The notes beneath the pieces are model-generated. The model worked only from the letters and a program-made list of their open reading frames with translations, was not told the DNA's origin and did no database searches. Positions 63,217 through 64,000 of a stretch of 64,000 bases of DNA are shown piece by piece (positions within the stretch are counted from its first letter, which is position 1; every line of letters begins with the position of its first letter). Made by a program: the position numbers and the translations under genes. Source of the stretch: Marsupella aquatica (Eukaryota; Plantae; Marchantiophyta); assembly GCA_973895155.1 (NCBI GenBank), contig OZ316898.1, forward strand, positions 20,285,292 through 20,349,291, in the 5' to 3' direction.

Positions 63217-63833
63217 TTGATGCCATACATTCTGGTCGAAAAGTGTGTTGTTTCAAAGCTTTTTCAGAGTCCACGTGACGTTGCTCAACTCAACTTTCAA
63301 GGTCATATGGAGTCAAATGTTACGACACTACACCCTGGGCTTTCTGCTGTTGACTGACCACTCCCAAGTTTGCGGGCCGTGAAATACATGAATTACTGAA
63401 AGGAGCCTCTTGGGCCTGAAATATGCATTTCGCAAGGTTAACCTTGCCTGAAGCGGGAGTTGGGCACTTTCAAACTGGAACAGGTGTTGCAGTTACTTCT
63501 GAGATGCTCCCTGTAGCAGGCGATATTATTCATGACCATAGCAAGAAGGCAAGTTGGAGGGCTTTACTTGGAAAGTATCTAGCGCAGTGCCTCAAATTAA
63601 ATGTACAATTTCCAGGCCTGGGGCTTTTAGTGCGTATCGTGAGTTTAAACTGTGCAGAACCGTCAGCCATTTCTGAACAAAGTGATCTTTAAAGTGTGGA
63701 GTTTCAGGTTCTTGCACAGGAGCCTACGAGCCATCTAAGTGGCAGTGCTTGCGACCTCTTGAGATCTACCGCAGACCTCAGGATGCAGGTCTCTGAAGTG
63801 GTACGGGATATCCAGCTTTTAGTAGATGGCACT

Positions 63834-63956
63834 TTCGTTGCCAATGAAGGGCAGCAATGTTTGTGAGGAACTCTGTTCATTAGACATCTGTTGTTCGTTG
63901 CCAAAGAAGGGCAACAATGTTTGTGAGGAACTCTGTTCATTAGACATCTGTTGTTC
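63834..63956. repeat. 60-bp tandem duplication
   Basis: TTCGTTGCCAA.GAAGGGCA.CAATGTTTGTGAGGAACTCTGTTCATTAGACATCTGTTG occurs twice. Confidence 0.92.
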
Positions 63957-64000
63957 CACATCGAATATGTGTAGCCTAGTATATAAGACAATGCATATCA

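Noticed and set aside
63423-63991. Possible end of a further gene at the window edge
   Set aside because: No recognisable motif or consistent splice model. The minus-strand ORF is partly a 60-bp duplication.

Overview
Eukaryotic nuclear DNA from a land plant, with GT-AG introns and plant TE families. A non-seed lineage such as a bryophyte or lycophyte is my inference from sequence style only. Six protein genes can be assembled by hand with consistent splice phases: (1) an HMA5-type copper P1B-ATPase (+, 6 exons, ~979 aa); (2) a YjbQ/UPF0047 protein (-, 7 exons, 145 aa); (3) a small Myb/SANT-trihelix-like protein (+, 2 exons, 170 aa); (4) an unusually long single-exon PADRE/DUF4228 protein (+, 863 aa); (5) a DPF-motif/TPR protein (-, 2 exons, 536 aa); (6) a 17-exon protein (~609 aa) with an N-terminal helical MIF4G-like region fused to WD40 repeats. 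Intergenic space is a nest of old TEs: an internally deleted Copia with an inverted PBS/LTR segment, non-autonomous Helitrons ending CTCG, several MITEs, LINE 3' fragments, a tRNA-derived SINE, and tandem arrays. There is no CRISPR array, rRNA or intact tRNA, and I see no multi-gene system. The best novelty candidates are the MIF4G-like/WD40 fusion, the giant PADRE protein and the TE junction structures. All coordinates were read by eye and no database search was run.
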